A stretch of DNA of 64,000 nucleotides, taken from Macrostomum hystrix. Taxonomy: Eukaryota; Animalia; Platyhelminthes. The DNA lies in contig CATNEN010000001.1 in the NCBI GenBank assembly GCA_950097015.1, positions 26,908,001 through 26,972,000 of the forward strand. The letters run 5' to 3'. Each line of letters opens with the position of its first letter. Within the stretch, counting starts at the first letter, position 1. Shown in pieces: positions 21,509 through 34,942 of the stretch. Both the position numbers and the translations under genes were made by a program. A model generated the notes under the pieces. The model did not search any database, was not told where the DNA came from, and worked only from the letters and a program-made list of their open reading frames with translations.

Positions 21509-23793
21509 TATTATTAGCCATCAAAATTTCAAGGGTACTCATTTGCAGCTGAGTAAAAAATGTGCACATCAGGGCAAAGCAGCTTGCTTTGCCCTGGACC
21601 ATCTGATCCAGAGTCCAACACCTTACTGACTAAGCTATCTGCCCTTCGTGACTATGGGCATAGGACTAGCCTAGATGATATGTCTTAGGCCTAATTTTCT
21701 ATTGAGATAAAACATAAGAGAGCTTAGACAGGGGGGGATAAGATATGGGAGAAATGGGGTAATGGGGAGATGAATTGCTAAAACAGTAAATGGAGAGTAA
21801 ATACAGAAAGAATGAATAAGAATAAGAATAAATTAGGCCCTAGTCAATAATTATACCCCATAGTTGAGAATGTGGTAGTTAAAAATTCTAGTATATAATA
21901 GCTTTTTTATAATGCAAATTGGTGCACACCCAGGCATACCAATGTATACTTTGTCATTTTTAAAAATATACCCAACATTGATCAGTTAATATAAAATGGA
22001 TATCTATCTAAAATGTGTAAATATAAGTGCCACAAAAATAATAGTCTATGTTAAATTAGAAGAAATATATTAACAATTTGATTGATTAAAATTTTACATT
22101 TAGATTAGTACAACAGTGAGTGGATGCATGATTAGCATTAATTGAATTCAATTGTCTCTAGTTTTTGATCTAGGGCCTACTGTTTGAGATAATAGTTGAT
22201 CTTGTTGCTGAGCCTTTCTTGCAACCATGTTCATAACAACTGAACAACAGTTTGAGTCAGGACCATGCACTTTATTCATAGTTACATAGATATTTATAGC
22301 AACTACTACAATAGGCAATATAGCAAATATATATATTGCAGTTTACATTTTGACTTAAAGCAGGCTTACAGCAGTTAGGCCTACTGAAAGAGCTAGGCTG
22401 TAAGGCTGCTAGACTAGTTGCCAAATAGATAGTTAATATGCTTACCTACTTTCATAATTTATAGCCTACCCTTTGCCATAAGCCTACTATAGACTAGTGA
22501 GGGTTGACCAAGCCCAAGCTAGGCCCTACCACGATAGCAAGACAAATTGTTAAATGCACTAGCACTTTTTAAACTAACAGAAAAATGTTCCTGGAGACTT
22601 CATCATCCTACCATTTTGTCATCCATGAAAGAGATTGGACACCAGGAACCACATAAAATATCACAGGGCCTACCTACCTACAATACAACGAAACAGCAAA
22701 AATACTAAAACTTAATAGGCCTAGCAGCTGACATTGAATGTGAAAAAAGATATGCATGTTTATAAACCTAGTCTGCAATATATGGCCTTAATCAAATACA
22801 TTATTACTACACCATTCTCATCTCATTCTCATTATAGTAGGTCTAAAATCATTTTTATTGTACTAGCTAGGGTACTTGTATTGGGTGCACATAACAAATG
22901 TGCACAAACAACAGATAGGGCCTAGGCCTACCAATAAATAATCATGATATGATACTAATACTGCGAGGTAAATTAACCACAATTTTCTGGTTAGGCCTAG
23001 GCTACCAGGAACTGAAAAGAAGTATTCTGTCGAAAGAAATAAATTCAATACCTGTGCACAAGCTACGTATTATTATCAACAATCAGTATTTATTGCGTTA
23101 TGGTCTCATGACTTTTAGAGCCGACACTTTTTCAATAGTGCGTGCAGTGTGCACACGAGGGTTTTATTAAACTATTTGAATTTGCGCCATTCTTAGTTTG
23201 GCCTAAATTTACAAAAAAGCTTACTTTAAGCAACATATTATGTTATAATCCAAAAAATTGCCAACCAGCTCATGAAGTCGCTTTGCAAAAAAATTAAACA
23301 ATTCTGTATTAATAGTATATCATTTGTGTGCTTCACATCAGGACAAAGATGTTCTAGATCCTGAAAACATGCTCATTCGAGTACCTCATTTCCTTTTAGT
23401 GTATTTCCTTTCGTTACCTTACCGAAACTGTGAAGATAATTGCTGAGTGATTTATAGTGCGCACCGTTTTTTGCTGGTTCTCAACAAATAAAAATTTTAT
23501 AGTTTGCTTTGTCAGCCTAGAATACATGACAGTTACTTGAAGTAGCATGGCGCATAAAATAAAAAGCTTGATGAGGGCTTACCGAAAAGCATTTACCGAT
23601 CATTATATAGCAACCTAGGCCTGCAAAATTTGCAGCAGTATTTTATCGTTTTATATCCAGGGATTGTTATCGGGGTCGTCAAAGTCAACTATGGCCTGTC
23701 GACTGTCGTGCAAAAGCAAATGCGTGGTTGAAGAGGAATGAGTACGTGTGGGGTTAGTATCTGGCACAACTCGATGGTCGGCCATATCCTAAA

Positions 23794-24349
23794 GGCAGGG
23801 GCAAAAGATCCAGCACCGGACCCAAATGTTTTAAACGGCTATAGGTCCAGCAGTTTCTTCTTAAAAAACTTTCGAGTTTAGTCGATATAGCATGTAGGTT
23901 AGCTGATCTGTCGGTATAGCATGGAACATAGCATGGAACATAGCATGGAACATAGCATGGAACTCTTAATTCTAGTATAGGGTCCTGCTAGGAACGAGTT
24001 CTACACAATTTATTTTTGTTGAAAATTAGCCGAGATAAGTTTAACTTCTTTAAGTCAAGATTACTTTTTTTTAATCTGAGTTAAACCGATGCGTAATTTC
24101 CCACAGTGTAAGTGTTCTAAAGTTGCAAAAACATTTTTTCTTTAGTCATGTCATGTTCCGACATCATGTAATGCATAATTTAGACACTTTCAAAAGACTT
24201 GTGTACCGTTATACCGAAACTGCTTGCAGGTTCTCCTTAAAGAACCTGAAGCTCTCATTTAAATGCGTGTATACTATAGGTGCAGTAAATACATTCTCCC
24301 GGAACTCTAGCCGTTTAACATTTGGTCCCGTGCCGGATATCTAAATGCC
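23794..24349. mobile_element. MULE-like MITE with 9-bp TSD TATCCTAAA
   Basis: TSD at 23785-23793 and 24350-24358; GGCA...TGCC ends with ~50-bp degenerate TIRs; internal (TAGCATGGAACA)x4. Confidence 0.75.
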
Positions 24350-24801
24350 TATCCTAAAAGTGTCATTAAATAAACGAATATGCCATTTTTGTCACAACTT
24401 ACATGTTAGAAAAGATATGCAGAAATCTGTTCACTCAAAGCGATAAAATTACAGTATTCAGTGGGGTTTTCAGTGTTGTAACTTTTTCGCTATAATTAGT
24501 GTTTTAAATCTAATCTGAAAATTCACTGTCGTGTTTTTACGTAACTTGGGACGAAGTCAGCCATGACAGTCAATGTGCCGCATATTTAAAATAGAAAATA
24601 GAACTTTTATATCGCCGTTGCAATACTCAGTTTACAAACTAGTCCATAACCCATCCCAGATTGTCTTTACGTGACTTTACAGCTATTTGGTTTTAAAGGC
24701 TAGTGAAATTTCAGCGTAGTGAGTGACATTGCAAATATTAGACTGTCAATTAGTAGTTTTGAATTTAATCTTAAAGCTTTTACTTTTAATTTTATTACGA
24801 T

Positions 24802-27800
24802 ATGGCTGACCAAGGTGGTGATGATGGTCAAGGTGAAATGAATATTGGTCATGGTGGTATGATGGGCGGATTTCGCTCTCATAGAGATCTGCAAAGACAA
24901 CAGGAAATCGATTTCTATGAAGAGGAGTTGTCACGACTAGATGACAGCTTTCCTTGTGCGCGAAATGCACTTGAACTTGGTAAGACTTGTTTTGTTACTA
25001 AAGCAATAAGCACTAGCAATTATTGAAAGTTTTAAGGCATAAAGCCTTCTATATATATTAGGTTGTTCAGCAATTAATGCTTCTCTTTAATTGGCTTCTT
25101 GATAGGTAGGGTCTCCACCCATGTGAGATTTTTTAATATCATAGGCCTATTCATATTTTAAATGGATGTTCAAAATTTTAAAGAAACATAGAAAAAATAA
25201 TATACCTTTATTGTTTATACTTGGCACAGTAAAGTTCTCTCTCTTTAGGGCTCTTACAGACTTTGCTAGGGTTTACTGTGGCCTAGAAGGGCATAGCCAT
25301 AAAAAACCAAGGTGTAAATTTACTTTTGTTGGCGAATTTTTTTTCCTCTTTTAAATTGGTGCCAATGACGCGGAATGGCAAATGGGAGTTGTCTATGGCC
25401 CATAGTTGCCACATAGAGTTGTTTGGGGCACAGAAATTCGGCTGAGTTTTATTGAGCCCTCACTATAGTTTGGATTTTAGAGACTTCAAGACTCTTCTGA
25501 TTTGCAAATGACTAGACAGCCCCCAAGACCATTGTGGATTGTGCCAATGAATAAAGTTCTGAAGACGGAACTAAATATGAATTCAAGGGATCTGATGGAA
25601 GTGACGGCAAGTACTGATGAGACTAATGTGGCATGGCACTAGCGATGCCCTCTTTGAATCATACATCCAAGAGTATCTATGGCAACGTCTTCACCCGGGG
25701 CCTGCCAAGGCTTTTGGCAGCATTCTGTACTGGATTTGTCATTATTACCCAGTTTAGGAATCTGAGACAGTCAGGACTGCATTGAACTGAACTGAGCAAT
25801 GCTCAGTGCAGTTTAAAATTTTTTCCCACCAGTTGTGTTACCAGTCTGACATTATCCACTTCATCGTTTAACATTTTAAAAGAAAATAATTTTGCAAACG
25901 AAAGTAAATTTACGCCAAAACCAACTCAATACTAGTTATCAGTATATCACTTTTCTGAACTTTAATAAATTATGGCTCATTTGATTTTTATTGCTTGTTA
26001 CATCAAAACCCTATTGGAAAAAGTTGACAACCTGTATAGACAGTGTCCTGTGCACTTTTTGGATTTTTCTAAAAGCACATAGGCTTGAAAGTCTTTGAAA
26101 AGTCTTGAGCAGCCAGCAGAAAGAGGCATGGCTAAAGGGCACCTTTCTCAATCCTTCTAAGTTTTAAAGTGTGTGTCTTTGGTTTTCAAAATTAATTCTA
26201 ACAGGGTATAGAAATTGCAACTACTTTATATATGCAGAATATATATTGTTTAAAGTAGAAAATCTCATATATTATAATATAATTTTACATATATATAATA
26301 TTTGACAAGTTAAATATTTAAACAAAAATATTAGCACTAACAGAAAAAGTATCCCTATTACAACTAGCCTTTCAAAATAAAAAATTGAATAAAGTATGAG
26401 TGCTATTTTTTATAATGCTAGGGTAATGTATCATCAACCAAACAAGAATGTGTATTTTTAACTTCAAACCTAAGCTACAGATTTTCTATTTAAGATATGA
26501 TGATAAATCAAAAGCCAAGTTATAGAAAACAGTTACATCTTTCTAAAAAGTATCTGCTTTTGCTATTTTGTCAAATAGAAAAAAGTGATTCCTGCTTTTT
26601 ATCTAAAACCAAACAATGATTTTCATGTATCTTCAAACCAAACAGAGAATTTGATGTTTGGTTTTACAATTTGATTGAGTGGTTTAATTTTATTTTAAAA
26701 GTGAACTATCATGAATTATGTCATTTGAAAGCATTTTTCATGCTCTATAAATAACTATATTTATGGTCATTTAATTGGCAAGCAACCATATACAATCTTT
26801 GCCTAAATTACTTACTGAAAAAATGTTGTTAAAAAGTATGCTTTTGCATAAAAATTTCTACTGAAACATCAATATCTTTCTTTTCTCTTAATGCTTCATT
26901 GCACATCATGCCTCAGCTTGTAGATAATTTCTTCAACTTTCAAATTAGTTGTTCTGTGAAACACAATAGCTTGTTTCTGTCTTGCATGAGACCAAGGAAG
27001 GAGTCAAAATTCTTGTTCGGTTTTGAAGATACACTTTTCGGTTGATGATACATTACCCTATTGAAGCGCATAAGTCAATTTTACTTCTAATAGTATTAGG
27101 TCACTTTCATCAGTATTCAGCTTCTTTGCAGCATCTAAAAGTAAAATAATAACATTAGAAAGAAAAAATAAATTTATTTTCTACAAGGGGTGTTTCAAAA
27201 GTAACAAGAATTTATTCATAACTGTTTAATGGTAAAACTTTTTAACTTAAAGTTTTTACCCTGCAATTTTGCAAATATGGGCAGCACATGGCTTCAGTTG
27301 CAACTCTCAGTCTACATGCATCAGTGAATTCTTACATTAAAGTCCAGATCTTGAGATTAAAAATTACAATTTTTGTCTGTGGTCTATATACCTGAGAATT
27401 TTCTTAGAACTTGAAAACTGCTAATGATGTTGCTGATGCACTCAGCTGCTTCTGATACTGTCTCCAGTTTCTGCTGTTTATGGGTAAAGTTGCCTCAGAA
27501 GTTTTCGCTTTTTAAGCTGCATAGGGCTGCTGAAAATTGCTAATGCTTGACTGAGAGAACAATAATGAAGTGAGGATAACAGAGGCTGAGATGCCAGTGC
27601 CTAAGGTGTGGTGTGATTGTATGGCAGTGCACTTCTGAGACCAGAAGGCTAGGTGGCATGGTACAATGGGTTCTGGACACTAGGTAAACAGGACAGCAAT
27701 TTCTGACCTTAGCAAACTCACTATGCTAAGGAGTTGAGTGGCGGAAAGGAGAGTGAACAAACAGAAGCTTAATTATGACCCTGCTAATTTATGTCAGGCC

Positions 27801-28883
27801 TGTGCATTAGTTAGCATTGGCTTGTGCAAACTGTAAATTATCAATCGCAGAGTACATAGAGCTTCTGGTCGAATTGCACAAATTGAGATGATTTCATACT
27901 TTAATATTTGCTTTAAGTAGCCAATTAAACATTTTAACAATTTGCCGAAATGATTATTAATTTGACAAGATTCCAACATGAGTTAAAACGGCCCTAGTTA
28001 GATCCACATTCAATGACAATGTCAGTCTTTCATTCAATATCAACCTCTCCACACTTAACCTCTCCACTCCAACCTCTCTACTTTACTAACAGAGATCCAC
28101 AGAGTGCGAGGTAATGTGATGGACATGATTGACGTCATCAATAATCGCAAGTGCAAGGTACGCTGCCGCATAGCCATACCGCAAGACAGCTTTCCTGGCA
28201 TTAACTTTGTTGGCAAACTGCTAGGCCAGGGCGGCACTACACTGAAGAAGCTGCAGGAGGACTGCAATGTGAAGATGGCTATCCTGGGCCGTGGCTCCAT
28301 GCGCGATCCACAGAAGGAGCAGGAAGCTTTCGAAAGTGGTGATCCAAAATTTCAGCACCTAAAGCAGGCGCTGCACCTTCAAATTGACTGCATGGACGCC
28401 CCAGAGGAGGCTTATTACCGTATCAGCCGGGCCATCTACGAGGCCAAAAACATCATGACTCCGGATGCCAGCGAGTTGGCAGCTGCTGCCAGCGCCACTG
28501 GCTACGGCGCTCCGGGGCCTTACGGACCACCTAGCGGCGGTGACGGTGGCTATCCTTCAGGCGGTGGCGGTTTTCGAGGCCGCGGCGGTCGTGGCGGTGG
28601 TCGCGGGCGTGGTGGCGCTTCGCATTCATCTTCTGCTGCATACGATGGTGGCGCTGGCTATGATGGCGAAACTGGCAGTGGAGGCGGCGGTGGCTACCGT
28701 GGCAGCTCGCGTGGTGCTGGACCTCGCGGTGGTCGTGGTGGCGGCGGCGGCGACTTCAGCAGCGGATCTTCCGGTCGCGGTGGTCCGCGTGGCGGTAGCG
28801 GCGCTCCTCGAGGTGGCAGCCGCGGCGGCGGCTACAGCACTGACAATGGGCACAGCGGATTCGGCCAGGATTACAGTGAGTGA
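24802..28883 (+). CDS. KHDRBS: STAR/GSG-family KH RNA-binding protein (Sam68/KHDRBS-like) with RGG-rich tail, about 322 aa, 2 exons
   Basis: Exons 24802-24979 and 28093-28883 (phase 1, joining as ...ARNALELEIHRVRG, QUA1-like). KH motif NFVGKLLGQGGTTLKKLQEDCNVKMAILGRGSMRD; RGG/YG-rich C-terminus. Confidence 0.9.
26421..27058. mobile_element. 638-bp MITE (copy 2, uninterrupted) in the KH-gene intron
   Basis: Same TIRs and TA flanks as 19180-21508. Confidence 0.88.
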
Positions 28884-29659
28884 CAGATTTGTGCGAGCTT
28901 TATATTAGTGGTAGTGCGACAATATTTTACAATAAATACTAGACAAAGACAGAAATCTTATTATTACGCAGACAAAGTTGGAAAAATTACTAATTTGGTG
29001 TTTAAAAAAATAAAAAAAATCATGGGCCAATTTAATTTTATAATATAATTCAAAGTTATCAATTTTGTCGTAAGTTTTACGAAGCAATCGACTATAAAAC
29101 TTGACTGTCTGGTAACCATAAAAGCTAAAAAACTTGGACGATCTAAAATTTGATGAAACTTTGTTGCTAAAAATGTATAAGAAAATTTTGTGAATTTAAT
29201 ACTGGTATTACTTAAAATTTTACACTCTTTATACTCCTGTGGGGTGAATGGCAGACCGGTAGCATGTACCATTTTCGCATCAAGTAAATTAGGCTCGAAT
29301 CTGCGGGGAAGCCACATTCATTTGCGGCGCAGCCAAAAAGAAAAATTTGAAAAGCTTGTACAATTAACCACTTTTTCAAAGCCTGGTGAGTTCGAGAAAG
29401 TCAGGAGAAATTTTCTTACTTCTGTGAGTGTCTTAATGCGTAACATAACAGAGCAGAATTGACTTCTCACTCGCTGCGGGTCGCCAGAGATGGTTTCAGT
29501 GTTTGTGGCCCCCTGAAATGGTTTGAATAACATAACATTAAAAATTGTTCGAATTAACATTTCTTCAATTCCATAACTGCCTATCCCACCGCAATCCCCA
29601 TTTTATCACATAGCAACTTCCCTTGTCACCCCAACTTTTATTTCCTAAAAAAATCCTGC

Positions 29660-29766
29660 TTCCAGGCCAGTCATTCGGTGGCGGCAAAGCTCAGGGCGCC
29701 CCTAGGGGCCGCGGCGGCCCTTCGGCTCGCAGGCCGCACCCGTACAGTCGCGGGAACTGAAGCTAG
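29660..29766 (+). mobile_element. Probable Helitron 3' end
   Basis: GC-rich hairpins ending CCCG-TACAGTCG-CGGG, 8 nt, then CTAG; followed by A rather than the usual T. Confidence 0.45.
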
Positions 29767-32700
29767 ATCATATTCACCAGTCATCTAATAATATCTATTA
29801 TTCTAACTAATAATGCTAGTTTCAGCTGAAAGTCGAAAACCACTTATTATTTTATCAGACTGAGTTATCAAACAAAAAGCAAATACTTATAATTATCGCT
29901 TTAGCTGAAGCGAAGCGTGTACTTTTGAATGCCCAATCCCTGTCTCACTTTGATAATGTGTCATTTTTTAAACAATTAATGAAAATATGTGAATTCACTA
30001 AAATGTGTGAATGATCATTATGTGATTGGGCTGGTCATGTTTTAACTACTTCCTATTTCGTAATTTAGGAGCTAGCTTGTTCAATTATTATAGTTTTTAG
30101 CTAGAAGTATTGATCCAAATTGTCGTTTATTATATATAAAATCGTTGCTTACTACTTTATTTCCTATTTCCTAAATTGGTCTTAAACGACAGTAAGTTTA
30201 ATAAACAGACAATAACAAATGAAATTTAGAAAAATTAAAATTAAAACTTGGTTTAAAAAAATTAAAAATATTGACTGACGTAAGTGATATTTAATAATCG
30301 ATAAAATAACTTACTGCTGTCAAAATCGTTAAACTAATTGATACAACTTTTGGGATGAGTATACGTTAATATATTATTGACTTGTGTATAATAATGTTCT
30401 TGATATTAAAGACTTTCAGTGTTTTTCATACCTGCGAATTGTGTGTGATTATCCAGTGTTGTGTCTCGTCTGAGCAGCAGCTAAGACTTATAATGTGAAG
30501 GAAAATATAAACTACACTGTAATTAAAGCGAGTGAGACGATTTAGGCATGCCTAACAACCAAATAAAACCGAACGCATTGCGCTTGAAAACAAACAACCA
30601 TATACTTTAGAAATGTAAACTTTGTTTCTTTAATTTAATTTAAGGGACTTCATTTTTTCCTAATTTATTATTAACAAAATAGAAATCAACTAAAAATATA
30701 AACAACGCATCCAAAAAGCTTATAAAAACATTTTGTCACGACTTTTTAACGGCGACAACGCAGGCCTTTTAATTACCCTCTTCCCATAAGTTCGAAGCGA
30801 GCCGGCACTGAAAAGGGTGCGGGTCGTCATGTTTCCAAGTCATTTGATTATTGATTACCGATAAAAATATGATTCCTTGACTATTCACTTCTAAGAAAAT
30901 CGAGAGTTCTAACTGCTTAATAAATATCATATATGGGAGTCATATGACGATCAAAAATACGATTCTGCAGCAGCCACTGCAAACAACAATAAACGTTTAT
31001 TTGTCACAACTGAGGCCTTAACCTCATTTGGTCCCTGGGATCGTATCACAAAAACTGTCAAATACACATTTGGCATTATTGGTAAGTAAACAAAAATCTA
31101 ATTTATTCAGAAATGTTTCGTTAATCAATTACCTACATAATATAACTGCATATTTGGTTGTATGACAGCACAACAAAAAGTAATACATAATGCGACCAAA
31201 TTGCAGGTTGGTTTCGGAAAAAACTGCTGTTAAACTCGTTTTGCTGAGGTGGACATATCGAACTACGAAATAATAACTGAGATTATGTTCTGATTGCCAA
31301 ACTATACTATACTCTTATTGCCTTAAGTAAATACATTTTCTAACTAAAACAACGTTTTTAATAGCTGTGTAAGTCTAAGCATGATATATAATTTTTGATA
31401 ATATTTTAATTAATTCTACTGCCAAATGAACTACTTAATACAATTTTAATTCGTCTCATATTATTCAGATGAGTTCCAACTACAATAATAAAATACAATA
31501 AAAAATAAATAATTTTAAAAAATGTGCAATTTTGTCAGGTACCAGTTGTACAGCACCAATTGTCATTGCCGATTACTTAAAATCTGTGCTGTAATTTGTA
31601 GCAAAAATTGAAATCATCTTAACAAAGGGGAAAGCTCTTAACAGCCTTTAACAGATGTAAACCTAAATGCCGAGTCGCAGAAGACTACATTAAGTACACT
31701 AATATGTATGAAAACGTAAGTAAAACTGTCTATATCTTTCTACTCGACTACTAAATTCTAGCTAACTGATGGCTGAACATTCAGACTAGCCTCATTTACA
31801 ATTATGCTTCAAGTACCGAACTAATTAAGGTTATAGAGAGTATTTGAACATGGACTCTACAGGTACATTCACAATCGTAGCAGTTTTTCTAGGTCTTGTT
31901 GAAGACAAAAGAGTCTGTCTTTGTTTCCAGGCTGTATGTGAATTCTTATTGTCGAACTTTAAATATCTGCATGTGTACGTTTCATGGTAAGACCGCCAAT
32001 TTTATAATAATTTCCTAGTTAGGAGTATTCAGCACTTAAAATTCTGCGATTTTTCCATTAAAAAAACTGCGATTTGGGGAAAAAGATCTGATTTAATTAA
32101 AATGCAACTCTTTATCTGAATTTACAGCAAAACAAAATACAATGGTACTGTTTGTTTGTTAGAAAAAAACTAACTAAAAATTAAGATTGTCAAAAGCGTG
32201 ACTTGAAAGTTTGATGGGTAAATAAAAAAGCTCGTGACAATTTACTTGTTGATTATGAGAGCACTTAGGTCTAGATTAAAAATGCAAGACAAGATCGGAG
32301 TCGATTTTACTCAACTCAACTTCAGTTTGTATTTTCCAAATTCCAGACTCGCGAACACTGTAAGGAACTGCGATGACATGTCTCAGAAATGCATTTCGTC
32401 GACTAATATACCCAGTTAGTTGTATTTCAATGTAGCATTTCTGTTGTATTCCTTTACATACTCGTATTTATACTCGTATCTTCGTGTAAGTGGCCCGTTG
32501 AGACCATTGACGCCGAGCTTTGAACGAGTACATTACTTAACAATTCAAGTTTCTAAACTCATATTTCGATTCTTATTTTGTTAGTCAGCAGCCTGTCTTT
32601 CAACTCATACCTTAATATTTTGTGTTTTTACTTTCACCAAGTAAAATTTCATAGTCAATCGTGTAAAGCATTCACATTTTTATTCTCTTAAATACGTGAT

Positions 32701-33059
32701 TTTTATGCACACTTGCTTTAAAGTACTAGTAAGTCAATCAAAGGTGCTAAACTTTCATTTGCTATCTGACCTCAATCTTAGTTTTCCCTTATACGACCGG
32801 TGCTTTAGAGTTAATCTGTTAGTCTTGATAATACTTTCGTAGCAAGTGCACAAGGCAAGTGCAGTACTTTTCTCTATTTTATGCCCCCAAACGCAGCCCT
32901 CTCTCCTATTCAACCGAGTGGTTTAAAGCTTTTTAAATAAATACACACGCAAAGACTTGGCAGAAATTCACTGCATCGTTCTAAACTCTGGTTCCTAGAC
33001 ACAGAGTGATCTCAATTACGAATTATTTCCTCATTGTGTGTTCGTTTCTCTGTTCGAGT

Positions 33060-33260
33060 TTAGGCGGGAGATAACATGCATTGAAACAAAGGACGTGGAA
33101 GGTCGATTCACGGCTCCACTGAAACAATTTGTGTCCTTTAGCAAGGCACTTAACTCTGCATTGCTTCAGTTCACCAAGCTGCTTCGGCACCATCATAAAT
33201 TGAAGGTATGGGCGTCCTCCAGTCAATGGACTGAACAGCCGTACGCTGCCTTCAGATGCG
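33060..33260 (+). mobile_element. Degraded tRNA-derived CORE-type SINE
   Basis: B-box-like GGTCGATTC followed by TGTGTCCTTTAGCAAGGCACTTAACTCTGCATTGCTTCAGT, which resembles the CORE-SINE central domain. Confidence 0.5.
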
Positions 33261-33489
33261 ACGCACAATAGCTGCGGCTGTGCTGTCAACTGCACAGCTG
33301 GCCCAGTTAGCGCTGCTGCTGTAATTATTGACATATTATTATAATTATTTAAAACTAAAGTCATACAAATAATACTCTTAATAGTCTTCATATCTATCAC
33401 CTCGGTTTTCAAAAACTGTGACTCACTTCAGTACTTCCTATTGATTAAAATTAAAGTCAATAGTATGCTTAGTTAGTGATATTGCTTTG

Positions 33490-33910
33490 CTGGGAGCCGC
33501 ATGTACACAATCTCCTGTGGCTGAATATTGGTGGCTGTGTATTACGGAGCAGCCTCTTCAGCTTTCGCTCATCTCCTCACTGATGCTGAGGAGCAATCAG
33601 ACAGGACGGCAGCCAGCAACAGTTCGATTGTGGGCACGCAGGGCAGTGAGGTCACCAGCAGTCTAGAACTCGTGACGTTTGCAGCAGCTTGCGGCTGTTT
33701 GCGTGCGAGAGGCATCCCGCTGCAGCCATTGTGAGATGGTTCAGTCATGCCTTCATGTATCACTGACATATTACTGGCTTTGCTTGGCTGCTGTTCATTG
33801 TATACGTATAGTCCCAGGCCGTAGCTAAGCATGGCCAATCAGAGCATTCTTCTCGGCGTGTTGTTCATACAAAGTTCCTCGATCATGACCATGCAGTTGG
33901 CGCGAGCTCT
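33490..33910 (-). pseudogene. Possible degraded GPCR fragment (TM5 to helix 8)
   Basis: Hydrophobic stretches across shifted frames (LAMLSYGLGLYVY; LLVTSLPCVPTIELLL; LLLSISEEM..RKLKRLLR) with stops. Weak. Confidence 0.25.
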
Positions 33911-34942
33911 GTTTATGGCATCAACAGATTTTGCAAACTTCTCAGAAGAGAGAAAACGCAGTGCAGTGGCTGCTCAATATGGCATTGCGTGGGAGTAAGG
34001 ACTCATTCTAATTGTATTTGTTGAACCGGACATCTATGATGTGATCATATACGAGCTACATACTGTACTGTATGTTTATTGTCGTATCTTTTTGCAGCTG
34101 GTTTCGGAGGGTGTGCAAGACATTCGATTATATCAAAAATAATTTCAGAACTATAGCCTCTCCCACGCAGGGCATCCATTTGCTCAGGTGCAGGTGTTTC
34201 GAACAAGATCCCCCAGCTTATGGGATTTTGATTCACAGAATTCCTAGTGAGTTTGTTCAGCTGCTGAACAATGACGTTCTTTCAATTATATTTAATCGAT
34301 TTTACAATATTGATTTTTAAGCGAAATTACGAAAAAAAATCTGGGAAACCATTAGTCGATAAAAGTATCTGGCCTCAGTAATATGCACGCCAATGAATAT
34401 TCTTCTTCCAGCCTTCCGAGCGAAAATACACACAGCAAAGCCATTTTTCATTTAAAATGTATTATAGATATTTTTTTACTTCAGATATTTCCCCTTCAAT
34501 GTTTGACTTCCCAGCCACATGTACTTACGGTAAATTACCACTCACCTGTTCAGTAAGTGAGAAAAAAGTTTTCACTTTTTTGTGCGCATTGATTTATCTC
34601 TTAATTTTGTAAAATATACGAGCAATACCAAAAAGTCATTGCTCAACTTACTAATGACTCATTCGTGAGCTCCATGTAGAGACCGTACTGTTGGATGTGT
34701 AGCCTAAAAGCTATCACAATTTTCCTTCATCAAATAATCACAATGCTACTTAATGGCTCTCTCAATAGGTCTGGCTGGTGACTTCGCACTTGCATTGTCC
34801 AGCAGCATTGTTAGAAGCCTGTTGTGGCGCTGCTTATCAACATAATGGTTTTAGTGACAAAGGATTAGATATGTATAATTTATTTTACCTTCGTCACCTA
34901 TGTGTATCACGCTATTTATAAGTACACGTAGTTGTAAAGGGA

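Noticed and set aside
22587-22649. GTTCCTGG...CCAGGAAC-bounded segment as a miRNA or snoRNA
   Set aside because: The interior pairs poorly and there are no correctly placed C/D or H/ACA boxes.
23566-23592. Hammerhead-like TTGATGAGGGCTTACCGAAA
   Set aside because: The core needs CUGANGA (here UUGAUGA), and stems I and III cannot be formed convincingly.
34845-34900. Hairpin behind the minus-strand WSC array as a second SECIS
   Set aside because: The GGTGACGAAGG / CCTTTGTCACT stem lacks the tandem G-A core; it encloses an AATAAA, which is more likely the poly(A) signal.
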